From Candidatus Latescibacterota bacterium (GTDB taxonomy: Bacteria > Latescibacterota > UBA2968), in the NCBI GenBank assembly GCA_965204745.1, contig OZ242010.1, forward strand, positions 480,001 to 544,000: a stretch of 64,000 nt of DNA, in the 5' to 3' direction. A program made the position numbers and the translations under genes. The notes beneath the pieces were generated by a model that was given only the letters and a program-made list of their open reading frames with translations, did not search any database and was not told the DNA's origin. Below, piece by piece: positions 10,332 to 19,825 of this stretch (position 1 is its first letter; each line of letters begins with the position of its first letter).

Positions 10332-12105
10332 ACTCGACATCGTCATCGCCACGGATTGCGGCAGCACCACGACCAAAGCCATTTTGATCGAAAAGAAAGA
10401 CGGGGTTTATCGCCAGACCTATCGCGGCGAAGCCCCCACGACGGTTGAAGCGCCTTACGAAGACGTCACGCGCGGGGTGCTCAACGCGATCCAAGAAGTG
10501 GAAGAACTCTCGGGCAGGCAGATTCTCGACGGCGAAACCATCATCGCCCCGGCGCATGGAAATCGCGGCGTGGATAGCTACATTTCCACGAGCAGCGCGG
10601 GGGGCGGCTTGCAGATGATGGTCGCAGGCGTCATTCAGGCCATGACCGGCGAAAGCGCGCAGCGGTGCGCGCTCGGTGCAGGCGCGATAGTGATGGACGT
10701 GCTCGCGTCGAATGACGGGCGGCAACCCCACGAAAAAATCGAGCGCATTCGCCAGTTGCGCCCAGACATGGTGCTCTTGTCCGGCGGCACGGACGGGGGC
10801 ACGATCTCGCACGTTGTGGAACTCGCCGAATTTATCGCCGCCGCGGATCCCAAACCCCGGTTTGGATCCGGGTACCAACTGCCCGTCATTTACGCGGGCA
10901 ATCGGGATGCGGCCTCTGAAATCGAACGCACTTTGGGCCAAAAAACCGCGCTGACTATCGCGGAAAACATCCGCCCCACCCTCGAAGCGGAGAACCTAGG
11001 GCCCGCGCGCCATGTGATCCACGATCTCTTTCTCGAACACGTCATGGCACAAGCGCCGGGGTATCGCAAGCTCATCGCCATGACAGACGCGCCCATCATG
11101 CCCACGCCCGGCGCGGTTGGCCTGATGATGCAAACCGCGTCCAAACGGCAGAATATCGATGTTGTGGGCGTGGATATCGGCGGCGCGACCACCGACGTGT
11201 TCAGCGTTTTTGACGGGATTTTCAACCGCACGGTCTCGGCTAATTTGGGCATGTCGTACAGCGTGTCCAACGTGCTCGCCGAAGCCGGCCTCGATGCTGT
11301 GATGCGCTGGTTGCCCTTTTCGTTGGACGAGGCCGATTTGCGCGACCGCATCAAAAACAAAATGATCCGCCCGACCACGATTCCGCACCTGCTCGAGGAA
11401 CTGCAAGTCGAACAGGCCATTGCCCGCGAGGCCCTGCGCTTGGCCTTTGTCCAGCACCGCGCACTGGCCGTGGGCCTCAAAGGCGTGCAAGCCGAGCGCA
11501 CCCTGTCCGACGTATTCGACCAATCGGCAGGCGGGGAAAGCCTCATCAAAATGCGCGACCTCGATCTCCTCATCGGCAGCGGCGGGGTCTTGTCGCACGC
11601 GCCGCGCCGCGTGCAAACCGCCGCCATGCTCATCGACGCGTTTCAGCCCGAGGGCATCACGCGCCTGGCCGTCGACAGCATTTTCATGATGCCGCACTTG
11701 GGCGTGCTCTCATCCGTGGATGAACGCGCTGCCACGCAGGTTTTTGAACGCGATTGCCTCATTTACCTCGGCACCTGCATCGCGCCTATCGGGCAGGGCA
11801 AACTCGGCGCGGCCTGTGCCCAATACGAAATCGACTTGCCCAGCGGCGCGCAATCCGGCGCGCTCACCACGGGCGACCTGCTGCACCTCCCACTCGAAGC
11901 GGACGAGGAAGCGCGCCTCACCCTGCGGCCCGAACGCCACATAGATGCAGGCGCAGGGCAGGGCAGAGAACTGACCGCCACGGTCAAAGGCGGCGCGGCC
12001 GGGCTGATATTAGACGGCCGCGGACGCCCCCTGGTCTTTGCCGAAGACCGCACCCAACGCACGGCCCAACTCCGCCGATGGAGCGAGGGTCTCGACCTTT
12101 ATTAA
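10324..12105 (+). CDS. Glutamate mutase L (GlmL)-family ASKHA ATPase
   Basis: TDCGSTTTKA, SSAGGGL, GGTDGG, MPTPGAV, VDIGGATTDVFS. Confidence 0.85.
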   Translation: MDKLDIVIATDCGSTTTKAILIEKKDGVYRQTYRGEAPTTVEAPYEDVTRGVLNAIQEVEELSGRQILDGETIIAPAHGNRGVDSYISTSSAGGGLQMMVAGVIQAMTGESAQRCALGAGAIVMDVLASNDGRQPHEKIERIRQLRPDMVLLSGGTDGGTISHVVELAEFIAAADPKPRFGSGYQLPVIYAGNRDAASEIERTLGQKTALTIAENIRPTLEAENLGPARHVIHDLFLEHVMAQAPGYRKLIAMTDAPIMPTPGAVGLMMQTASKRQNIDVVGVDIGGATTDVFSVFDGIFNRTVSANLGMSYSVSNVLAEAGLDAVMRWLPFSLDEADLRDRIKNKMIRPTTIPHLLEELQVEQAIAREALRLAFVQHRALAVGLKGVQAERTLSDVFDQSAGGESLIKMRDLDLLIGSGGVLSHAPRRVQTAAMLIDAFQPEGITRLAVDSIFMMPHLGVLSSVDERAATQVFERDCLIYLGTCIAPIGQGKLGAACAQYEIDLPSGAQSGALTTGDLLHLPLEADEEARLTLRPERHIDAGAGQGRELTATVKGGAAGLILDGRGRPLVFAEDRTQRTAQLRRWSEGLDLY

Positions 12106-12241
12106 GAGGCGAGAGGTGAGAGGCGAGAGGTGAGAGGCGAGAGGTGAGAGGCGAGAGGTGAGAGGCGAGAGGTGAGAGGCGAGACCGCCCCGCCACCGGC
12201 CAAGCGGTCAGTAGTCAGTAGTCAGTCCCCACCCATCGCCG
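12106..12241. repeat. Left arm of a long inverted repeat: heptamer arrays (GAGAGGT/GAGAGGC)n, spacer, (AGTCAGT)n
   Basis: Direct inspection; its reverse complement matches 13364-13476. Confidence 0.9.
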
Positions 12242-12341
12242 CTCAAAGGCGGGTCGCAGATCATGCAGAGGGCGCAGATGTAGTGCTCGTCCAAAGATAC
12301 AAGATGCCATTGAACACTTGGCGCACATCAACAGAGGGGTA

Positions 12342-12434
12342 TCAGTTTCGCCATTTGCGTTTCGGCAACAAAGGGACGAGCAATTGCCATTGCGCTTGTG
12401 GGAGATCCGTCGGATATTGCTTGGGCGTAGGCAT
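12342..12434 (-). pseudogene. IS5-family transposase N-terminal remnant
   Basis: Manual translation MPTPKQYPTDLPQAQWQLLVPLLPKRKWRN*, matching the YPSDLTDAQW..L.PLLP start of IS5-type transposases. Confidence 0.7.
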
Positions 12435-12526
12435 CGTTGTTCTTTCGTTTATCGGATCGCCCCTTAGAACTTGGCTTAAAACAAACGATGGATGCCCCCT
12501 CTCCCGTCTCCCCTCTTGCCTTTTTA

Positions 12527-12622
12527 GGCGAGCACCAGGGCATCGCCCCTACACACTGATCGCCTTTGAACGGGCTATCGCCAGTTGTACCCCGCTCGTT
12601 GCTAAAATCCCATCTCACCTCT
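12527..12622. repeat. Modular intergenic repeat (GTAG-type REP hairpin + beta + delta modules)
   Basis: ggcgagcaccagggcatcgcccctacacactg...cctttgaacgggctatcgccagttgtaccccgctcgt..gctaaaatcccatctc. Confidence 0.9.
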
Positions 12623-12635
12623 GAAAGGCGTATCC

Positions 12636-13256
12636 TTGGAATACCTCACCGAACTCTGGAACGCTTTTTTGGCCTATTTGAATGATCAACCGCCCGGGTG
12701 GATCTATTTTTTTTTGTTTTTAGGTGCGTTTTTGGAGAACATCGTGCCCCCTATTCCGGGCGATACCCTCATTGTGTTTGGCGCGTATTTGGCCGGGATT
12801 GGCGTGATTGCGGTTTGGCCTGCTTATTTTGCTATGTGGATCGGCAGCGCGGTGGGTTGCTTGCTCGTGTACAGCGTGGCTCTTGTAAAGGGGCGGGCGT
12901 TCTTTTTCAAGTTAAACTTCGTGAATGAAAAGACCCTGCACCGCGCCGAAACGTGGTTCAATCGCTATGGCGACAAAATCGTCATTTTCAACCGGTTCTT
13001 GCCCGCCGTGCGGATATTCGTCGGCATTGTGGCGGGCATCACCCGCATGCACCCCCTCCGCATGACGCTCTACGTATTGTTAGGCACATTGCTGTGGAAC
13101 AGCCTGCTCGTTTACTTCGGCCTGATGGTGGGGGAAAACTGGCAACTCGTAGTCGCCGTGCTCAAAACGTACAACCGCATACTGGCAGTTGTCATGGTCG
13201 TCGCCCTGCTCGGCTTCTGGTGGTGGCGCAGGAAGAATCGGCGAATAGACGAATAG
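12636..13256 (+). CDS. DedA-family membrane protein
   Basis: ENIVPPIPGDT, RFLPAVR, GTLLWN. Confidence 0.9.
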   Translation: MEYLTELWNAFLAYLNDQPPGWIYFFLFLGAFLENIVPPIPGDTLIVFGAYLAGIGVIAVWPAYFAMWIGSAVGCLLVYSVALVKGRAFFFKLNFVNEKTLHRAETWFNRYGDKIVIFNRFLPAVRIFVGIVAGITRMHPLRMTLYVLLGTLLWNSLLVYFGLMVGENWQLVVAVLKTYNRILAVVMVVALLGFWWWRRKNRRIDE

Positions 13257-13363
13257 CCCCGCGTCCAAAAAAGTCACTGGATTACTCGTTGCGCTTGCGC
13301 GTGCGTCAAAATGACGAGACTAATCGCTTGGGGCATGGAGACTGGTAGCATACACACGACAGC

Positions 13364-13476
13364 GCGGTTGGGTGGGGACTGACTACTGACTACTGACTAC
13401 TTGGGCGGCGGCGGGGCGGTCTCACCTCTCCCGTCTCCCGTCTCCCGTCTCACCTCTCCCGTCTCACCTCTCACCG
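13364..13476. repeat. Right arm of the long inverted repeat: (ACTGACT)n, spacer, (CCGTCTC/ACCTCTC)n
   Basis: Reverse complement of 12106-12241. Confidence 0.9.
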
Positions 13477-13494
13477 AAGGGGGTTGGGCGGGGT

Positions 13495-13524
13495 GGGCAT
13501 CGCCCCTACACACTGCTCACCTCT
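13495..13524. repeat. Partial GTAG-type REP module
   Basis: gggcatcgcccctacacactgctc. Confidence 0.75.
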
Positions 13525-13603
13525 GACTTTCCCCTTCCTTTATTTGATATTTGGACTTATTATTTTTGTCACGGCATTTTGAACGCTTATCCGGTGCGAG
13601 AAA

Positions 13604-14689
13604 ATGAAAAAAAAGATCCGCGTGGGGGTGTTGTTCGGCGGGAAGTCCGCAGAGCACGAAGTGTCCTTGCAGTCTGCGCGCAATATCATAGACGCCATCG
13701 ACAAGACCAAGTACGAGGTGGTGCCGATTGGGATCGACAAATTGGGGCGGTGGTTTTTGAACGACGCCGAACACCTCTTGCCCGAATCCACGACCGAGGG
13801 CCTGTCCGATGCCGATCAAAACGCGCTGGTCACGTTGATGCCCGAAGGCCGCGGCGAACTGGTGGGGCATTCCGCGTCCGCTGCGGTGGATGTGGTGTTT
13901 CCCGTGTTGCACGGGCCACTGGGCGAGGATGGGACAGTGCAGGGATTTTTGCGGTTGGCCGATGTGCCCTATGTGGGCCCCAATGTGCTCGGCTCGGCTG
14001 TGGGGATGGACAAAGACGTGATGAAACGCCTGTTGCACGACGCTGGCATTCCCACGGCAGCATGGCGCACCGTGCATCGGTTTGAGTTGGACGCCCTGAA
14101 TTTGGACGACGTCATTTCAGAGTTGGGACTGCCCCTGTTCGTCAAGCCCGCGAATATGGGGTCTTCGGTCGGGGTGAGCAAAGCGCGCGACAAAGCAGCC
14201 TTGCGCCCGGCATTGAAGGACGCATTTCGCTACGACAACAAGGTGCTGATCGAGGCTTTTGTGCAAGGCCGGGAAATCGAGTGCTCGGTGTTGGGCAATG
14301 AAACGCCCATCGTCTCTGTGCCCGGCGAGGTGTTGCCGCAACACGAGTTTTATTCTTACGAGGCGAAATATTTGGATGAAAAAGGCGCGGTATTGCACAT
14401 TCCCGCAGAGTTGTCCGCAGAGGCTGTGGCGCGGGTGCAAGCCCTCGCCATTCGCACCTTTCAAGTGCTGTGCTGCGAGGGGATGGCGCGCGTGGATTTC
14501 TTCTTTCAACCGGACGGCGCGTTTATGGTGAATGAGATCAACACCATTCCCGGTTTTACGCGGATCAGCATGTATCCCAAGTTGTGGGAGGCCAGCGGGA
14601 TTTCCTACGCCGAACTGATTGATCGCCTCATTCAACTGGGCATTGAACGCCATGACCGCGACCGCGCACTCAAGACGTCGTTTTTTTAA
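13604..14689 (+). CDS. ddl: D-alanine--D-alanine ligase
   Basis: FGGKSAEHEVS, LHGPLGEDG, GSSVG, FYSYEAKY, NEINTIPGFT. Confidence 0.97.
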   Translation: MKKKIRVGVLFGGKSAEHEVSLQSARNIIDAIDKTKYEVVPIGIDKLGRWFLNDAEHLLPESTTEGLSDADQNALVTLMPEGRGELVGHSASAAVDVVFPVLHGPLGEDGTVQGFLRLADVPYVGPNVLGSAVGMDKDVMKRLLHDAGIPTAAWRTVHRFELDALNLDDVISELGLPLFVKPANMGSSVGVSKARDKAALRPALKDAFRYDNKVLIEAFVQGREIECSVLGNETPIVSVPGEVLPQHEFYSYEAKYLDEKGAVLHIPAELSAEAVARVQALAIRTFQVLCCEGMARVDFFFQPDGAFMVNEINTIPGFTRISMYPKLWEASGISYAELIDRLIQLGIERHDRDRALKTSFF

Positions 14690-14702
14690 TCGCGCTTTGA
14701 GG

Positions 14703-14731
14703 TTGCCAAAACCCCTCCGTTTTTATATCTT
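14703..14731 (+). promoter_or_regulatory. Putative sigma70 promoter of tRNA-Thr
   Basis: TTGCCA-N17-TATCTT ending 10 nt before the tRNA. Confidence 0.55.
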
Positions 14732-14741
14732 CCCACCACGC

Positions 14742-14817
14742 GCCGCCCTAGCTCAGTTGGGAGAGCACCTGATTTGTAATCAGGCGGTCAGCGGTTCGAG
14801 TCCGCTGGGCGGCTCCA
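14742..14817 (+). tRNA. tRNA-Thr (TGT)
   Basis: Cloverleaf: GCCGCCC/GGGCGGC acceptor stem, CCTGA-TT-TGT-AA-TCAGG anticodon arm, GGTTCGAGTCC, encoded CCA. Confidence 0.97.
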
Positions 14818-14842
14818 ATCTCGCGCTGACACGGGTCAGCAA

Positions 14843-14883
14843 AAACAACGGGCTACGACAATCAGTCGTAGCCCGCTTTGTTT
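14843..14883. terminator. Hairpin terminator between tRNA and convergent wecB
   Basis: cgggctacgac-aatca-gtcgtagcccg flanked by A-rich and T-rich runs. Confidence 0.75.
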
Positions 14884-14964
14884 GAATCACACCGAACGAT
14901 CTTGGACAAAAATGCCACAGGCGATATAGTATGCACGGCCTGGTATGGGAGTTTGGCGTGCGGT

Positions 14965-16089
14965 TCAAGGCGAAGGGGAATCGGCACAATCTGTCGATGC
15001 ACGCAACAATGCGACGATGCGCTCTGCGGCTTTCCCGTCCCACAAGTCGGGTAAGCGACCGGATTTGTAATGGCCGTTCAAGATGGATTCGGCCTCTGCA
15101 ACAATGCGTTCGGGGCGAACACCCACCAATGTGTTCGTCCCGATTTTTATGGTCTCGGGGCGTTCTGTATTTTCTCTGAGGGTCATGCACGGTACGCCCA
15201 AAGCCGTCGTTTCCTCTTGCACACCCCCGGAATCGGTCATCACGAATTTCGCGTTTTTCTGGAGTTTTAGGGAATCGAGATAGCCCACGGGATCGATGAG
15301 TTTGAGGTTGGCCTCATGCTCGACAGATGGCAAAAAGCCAAATTGGGAGAGGCGGTTGCGCGTTCTCGGATGCAAGGGCCAAGCGATGGCGTACTTGTTC
15401 TGGATGGTTTGCAACGCGGATAAAATGCCCCACAGCGTGTCTCGGCAATCCACATTGGACGGCCGATGGAGCGTGAGAAAAACGTATTCCCCAACCGATA
15501 AATCGTGCGCGTCCAAGATGCGCGATTCATCGGCTTTGCCCGCCAACGAGAACAGGGTGTCGATCATCACATTGCCCACAAAATGGATGCGGCTGTCGTC
15601 GATGTTCTCGCGCCTCAAATTGTCACACGCCTGCGTTGAGGGCGCGAACAACAGGTCGGATATGGCATCGACCATCAACCGATTGATCTCCTCGGGCATT
15701 GACCTGTCCCCACTTCGCAACCCCGCCTCGATGTGCGCGACCGGGATTTGCAATTTCGCGGCGTCTATCGCGCAGGCGAGGGTGGAATTGACATCGCCGA
15801 CCACGACCACCCAATCCGGCCTTTCCGCCGACAAAACCTCCTCAAATTCCATCATGATTTGCGCGGTCTGATGCGCGTGACCACCCGATCCCGCCTGCAA
15901 GTGATAATGCGGTTCGGGAAGTTGTAAGTCCGCAAAGAAAATTTCCGACATCCGATCGTCGTAATGCTGCCCGGTATGCACCAAAATCGGCTCGAACACA
16001 TCGGGCTGTTTCACCATCTGACGCCATACCGGAGCGACTTTCATAAAATTCGGCCGCGCCCCCGCAACCAAAATCATTTTCATCGACAT
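14965..16089 (-). CDS. wecB: UDP-N-acetylglucosamine 2-epimerase (non-hydrolysing)
   Basis: GARPNFMK, HTGQHY, HIEAGLRS, MPEEINR, TDSGGVQEE. Confidence 0.95.
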   Translation of the reverse strand: MSMKMILVAGARPNFMKVAPVWRQMVKQPDVFEPILVHTGQHYDDRMSEIFFADLQLPEPHYHLQAGSGGHAHQTAQIMMEFEEVLSAERPDWVVVVGDVNSTLACAIDAAKLQIPVAHIEAGLRSGDRSMPEEINRLMVDAISDLLFAPSTQACDNLRRENIDDSRIHFVGNVMIDTLFSLAGKADESRILDAHDLSVGEYVFLTLHRPSNVDCRDTLWGILSALQTIQNKYAIAWPLHPRTRNRLSQFGFLPSVEHEANLKLIDPVGYLDSLKLQKNAKFVMTDSGGVQEETTALGVPCMTLRENTERPETIKIGTNTLVGVRPERIVAEAESILNGHYKSGRLPDLWDGKAAERIVALLRASTDCADSPSP

Positions 16090-16184
16090 GCTCCTTTACA
16101 CAGATCCAAAAGAATCAAAATCATGTATTGCCTATACGGAGAACAGGAAGCATATTGATTAATCGCGCCTCAGAGGAGATTGGA

Positions 16185-17225
16185 ATGGCAAGACGCAAGC
16201 CCTATACAAGAGTCGCTAAAACAAATCAAATTCGGGCAGATCATGTCCGGAAGATGGGCGACATCGTTTTCAAAGGCTTCCAATGTTTGAATAGTGCATG
16301 CAGGGAATTTATCTTTATCCGCCAAGATGAGATTGGCGAGGATTTCGAACTGGTCTGTCCGAGTTGTGAGACTGTTATGCGATCAGGTGACGAAACCCAA
16401 TTTTATGAGTACAAATTGATAGACCAGAGATACAATTCCATTACTGAAGAAGGCAGATTTACCATTCTGCACGATGACTATATCGAGGAGGCGCAAGAGT
16501 ACAAGTATTGTATCATTTGCAATACGATTAAACCGCTTCATCTATTTGATCGACACCGCTCTCGAAGATCGGGCCGCCAAGGCGAGTGCAGACTGTGCAA
16601 AGCGGGTTACAACGCGATTAAGAATAAGACTCGGTTGACAGACCAACATCGAGAAGCAGCACAGAAGCGACGAATGTATTTAGACCTGGCTGCAAGTTCA
16701 AGAATCAACAGCGAAGAAGTCTATAAACGCTTTGGCTATCGTTGTTTTAAGTGCAAGAGAGACCTACGGAAAGTGGAGGCCAAAGAACGACCACTCGATC
16801 ATACGCTTCCCGCTGTCTTTTTGTGGCCCCTGACAACTGAAAATGCGACGTTGCTCTGTCGAGAACACAATGGAGAAAAATCGGGCAGATGGCCCTCAGC
16901 ATATTACTCGGGTGAGGAGTTAAGCGAGCTCGCTGTCCTGACAGGTGTTCGGTACGAGACGCTCATTGGACCGGTTCATTACAATCCCGAAGCGATTGAA
17001 CGCCTTAAAAATCCTGAACACGTCGATCGCCTTTTAGCAAAATACGCGGCCTATATGCCGGAAATTATCAAGTTACGCAATCGGATTTTAGAGCATGAAA
17101 ATTTTGACTTTTTCGAGTATTCAACAACCATTTCGCCTGCTTGGATTCGCCAAGCCGATGAGTATCAGCGAGTACTCAATCACAAGGCGATCTCTAATAC
17201 AAAACCAAATACTGATGGGACGTAA
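16185..17225 (+). CDS. Zn-finger HNH restriction endonuclease, SapI/BspQI-like type IIS
   Basis: Multiple CxxC; RCFKCKRDL..LDHTLPAVFLWPL..NATLLCREHNGEK resembles the SapI catalytic region as recalled; convergent with an MTase. Confidence 0.75.
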   Translation: MARRKPYTRVAKTNQIRADHVRKMGDIVFKGFQCLNSACREFIFIRQDEIGEDFELVCPSCETVMRSGDETQFYEYKLIDQRYNSITEEGRFTILHDDYIEEAQEYKYCIICNTIKPLHLFDRHRSRRSGRQGECRLCKAGYNAIKNKTRLTDQHREAAQKRRMYLDLAASSRINSEEVYKRFGYRCFKCKRDLRKVEAKERPLDHTLPAVFLWPLTTENATLLCREHNGEKSGRWPSAYYSGEELSELAVLTGVRYETLIGPVHYNPEAIERLKNPEHVDRLLAKYAAYMPEIIKLRNRILEHENFDFFEYSTTISPAWIRQADEYQRVLNHKAISNTKPNTDGT

Positions 17226-19587
17226 CCGTTCCCTTGTCGCGGATACCATGAGATTCACAATGGGCGACGCTTTCATCGAAGAGATCGGCAGAGCGAAACC
17301 ATCTTTTGCCCAGTTTCTGCAAGTGGGCGGCCATATCGCATTTCACACTTTTGCCCAAATGCAAAACAACGACGCCATCAGATTTGAGCCGCTCCCTTGC
17401 TTGGCGTAAAATCGGAATATACACATCAAAACTTTTCATCTGTTGTTCATCGACAAAAACAGATGGGCGGGTGTCAAAATCGCGTGCAGACCAACCCGCA
17501 AACCACAAGCGCAACCAGTTTGCGAGGTAAAATCGGGTACTCTTAAAAAAGGGAGGAGACGTAATAACGGCATCGAGTTGATCGATCTCTTGAGGCCACC
17601 AACCCGTTGCATCTTGAAAAAATATCTTGCCGAGCCGAAAATCAGCCGGCAAATTTTCGCCCAAACTCCGTTGAACCTTTGCGCGTAGCCGATCAATTAA
17701 CGGGCGATATTCAAAAGGCCCTGTTGGCTTGTAGGGCGTAAGCGGATGCGAGCGGCGACTGAGGGCATAGGGCCGATTGCCATGCAAAATATGCAGCAGT
17801 GAGGCAAAAACGAATTGCTCTTCGGGTGTCTGTGGCGGGTGGGTTTGAAAGTAGCGGCGGGATAAGATGATTTCGCTCAGGGTTCGGGGTTCGTAGTATT
17901 CGGCGATTTTACCATTGAAACCCAAGCGATGAACTTCATCGATCTCCTGATCGGTAGCCGAGTTATATTCAATAAAATTTTTCACTGTTCCAATAACCGC
18001 CGCACAACCCCGATTCGCGGGACGCTGAAGCTTCGCACTGGCAATCGCAAAAGCCGCAGGGCTGATCTCAAAACCGTAGGCGAGTTTGTCGGATAATGCC
18101 GCTTCAAATGGAATTGTGCCAACACCGGCAAAAGGATCTAAAACACGTCCGCCCTGCGGAACAAAGGTCTGCACCAAGTGATGTGCGATAGCGGGCTTCA
18201 GTTTTCCCGGATATGAACATAGAGAGTGCCAAGCATGTCCCCAGTTGCGATTTGTAAAGGGTGCTTTCTGGTGAGGCAGGCTTTTTTTGCAACTATCCCA
18301 TGCGGACCGCCAGTGCGGCGTCCGTTTTTTTTTCGCGTATTTTCCCTTTTTGGATTTGAAAACGATCAGCGATTGTTTGAGCGACATTCCGCTTCTGGAT
18401 TTGCGTTGTCGCAACATCACATCGCCTTCTTGAACAAAACCCAAGTCTTGCAAACACGTCGCTAACAATTGATCAACCGGAACGCGAATCCCCGCGTAAC
18501 AAGAATCGCCAATATCAATCGCGACTGTTGCATCGGGCGTTAAGTGACCGAGAATTGCTCGAAATATGTCTGTTATCTCGAAAAAATAACTATCAATCAT
18601 GCGGGGAATGCGCGTGTCATAAGCTTCCCGTCTAAGAATCGAAACGATTTTTTGAACATCTGGATGGGACGAAACAGGTGCTTTTGCGACGGTGACATCA
18701 TTGATACCAGCCGTTAAAGATGCCGCACGAAATTTTGTCAAATCCCGATTTTCCTTCAAGCAGTGCAAGAACCACAACTCTATCTTTGTGTTGCGAAAAT
18801 AATTTGTTCCGTTCACATAAGGCGGGCTGGTTATCACGGCGTCAATGCCGAGGGGGGGTATGTCGTCTAATGAGCGTGCATTTTCGCAGATGAGCAATGG
18901 CTCTGTTTTTAGACGATTCACATCGTCTCGGATATCATGGGCGATCTGATCGATATTTTGGCAGATGCCGTCAACGAGTGGAACTGTCTGCCGCTCGAGT
19001 TCCTTGGGCGTTTTGTATCTCAAATCACCTGCCCGCTTCATTCGAGATGCAGGAACGAGTGCCGATAAAATTGCAACCGCAATTAAGTCCGCTAACATGG
19101 CATTTTCAAGAGCGATTTCGTCGAGCCAGGATCTCGTTCGCAAAACGCGATCATAAACCTGTTCATCAAAAAACAGACTGTCGCCAAAAGTTTGCGTATA
19201 TGCGCGGTGCAATACGTCATTTCGCCGGAATTTTTTTAGGTTTTTTAGGGTGTCTTTTGCCTGAACGAGCTCTTGAGCCAATACAAAACGTTGAGACGAA
19301 TTTAATCGCCGGACTCGTATTTTTGTCGCGCTGATAAATTGTAAGACGGGGTTTATTTCACAAAAATAAGCTGTTTTGTCGAGTTGCGATGCGGTAAAGG
19401 CTGTGGTTCCCGTTCCAGCAAAGGGATCGAGAATCACCTGGGCATTCGGGGCGTACCTCTTCAAGATGGATTCCACAAATTGAGTCGAATAGCCCTCTAA
19501 ATACGGATACCATCGCGCAAAGGGTTCTTTCCTGCCCCCCTTGAAAGTCACAGTCACCGGATCAAATAATTTCATTTTCACATCCAT
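17194..19587 (-). CDS. Fused tandem N4-cytosine DNA methyltransferase (two catalytic domains)
   Basis: Two DPFAGxGT motifs and two TSPP(Y/F) motifs. Confidence 0.9.
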   Translation of the reverse strand: MDVKMKLFDPVTVTFKGGRKEPFARWYPYLEGYSTQFVESILKRYAPNAQVILDPFAGTGTTAFTASQLDKTAYFCEINPVLQFISATKIRVRRLNSSQRFVLAQELVQAKDTLKNLKKFRRNDVLHRAYTQTFGDSLFFDEQVYDRVLRTRSWLDEIALENAMLADLIAVAILSALVPASRMKRAGDLRYKTPKELERQTVPLVDGICQNIDQIAHDIRDDVNRLKTEPLLICENARSLDDIPPLGIDAVITSPPYVNGTNYFRNTKIELWFLHCLKENRDLTKFRAASLTAGINDVTVAKAPVSSHPDVQKIVSILRREAYDTRIPRMIDSYFFEITDIFRAILGHLTPDATVAIDIGDSCYAGIRVPVDQLLATCLQDLGFVQEGDVMLRQRKSRSGMSLKQSLIVFKSKKGKYAKKKRTPHWRSAWDSCKKSLPHQKAPFTNRNWGHAWHSLCSYPGKLKPAIAHHLVQTFVPQGGRVLDPFAGVGTIPFEAALSDKLAYGFEISPAAFAIASAKLQRPANRGCAAVIGTVKNFIEYNSATDQEIDEVHRLGFNGKIAEYYEPRTLSEIILSRRYFQTHPPQTPEEQFVFASLLHILHGNRPYALSRRSHPLTPYKPTGPFEYRPLIDRLRAKVQRSLGENLPADFRLGKIFFQDATGWWPQEIDQLDAVITSPPFFKSTRFYLANWLRLWFAGWSARDFDTRPSVFVDEQQMKSFDVYIPILRQARERLKSDGVVVLHLGKSVKCDMAAHLQKLGKRWFRSADLFDESVAHCESHGIRDKGTVTSHQYLVLY

Positions 19588-19825
19588 GCTCGGTAGCACA
19601 ACCTGAGTCTCGCGTCCCCGAATGAGATTTAGCGATTGCTTTAATTGGCGAAGACAATAGGTATTGAACGGTAAGTCACTTGCCTCGGCATTGGTGCTCG
19701 ATAATTGTTTCCCTGCAACTGACGCAGTTCAGCATGTTCAACCTATCATATTACAGGAGCACTGTCAAAGGGTTCGCGATGGTCATTTCCAAAAGCGCGG
19801 GGCAATGCTTTTGTCGTGGCGCACG

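Noticed and set aside
12106-12185. CRISPR array
   Set aside because: Pure heptamer tandem repeat without unique spacers.
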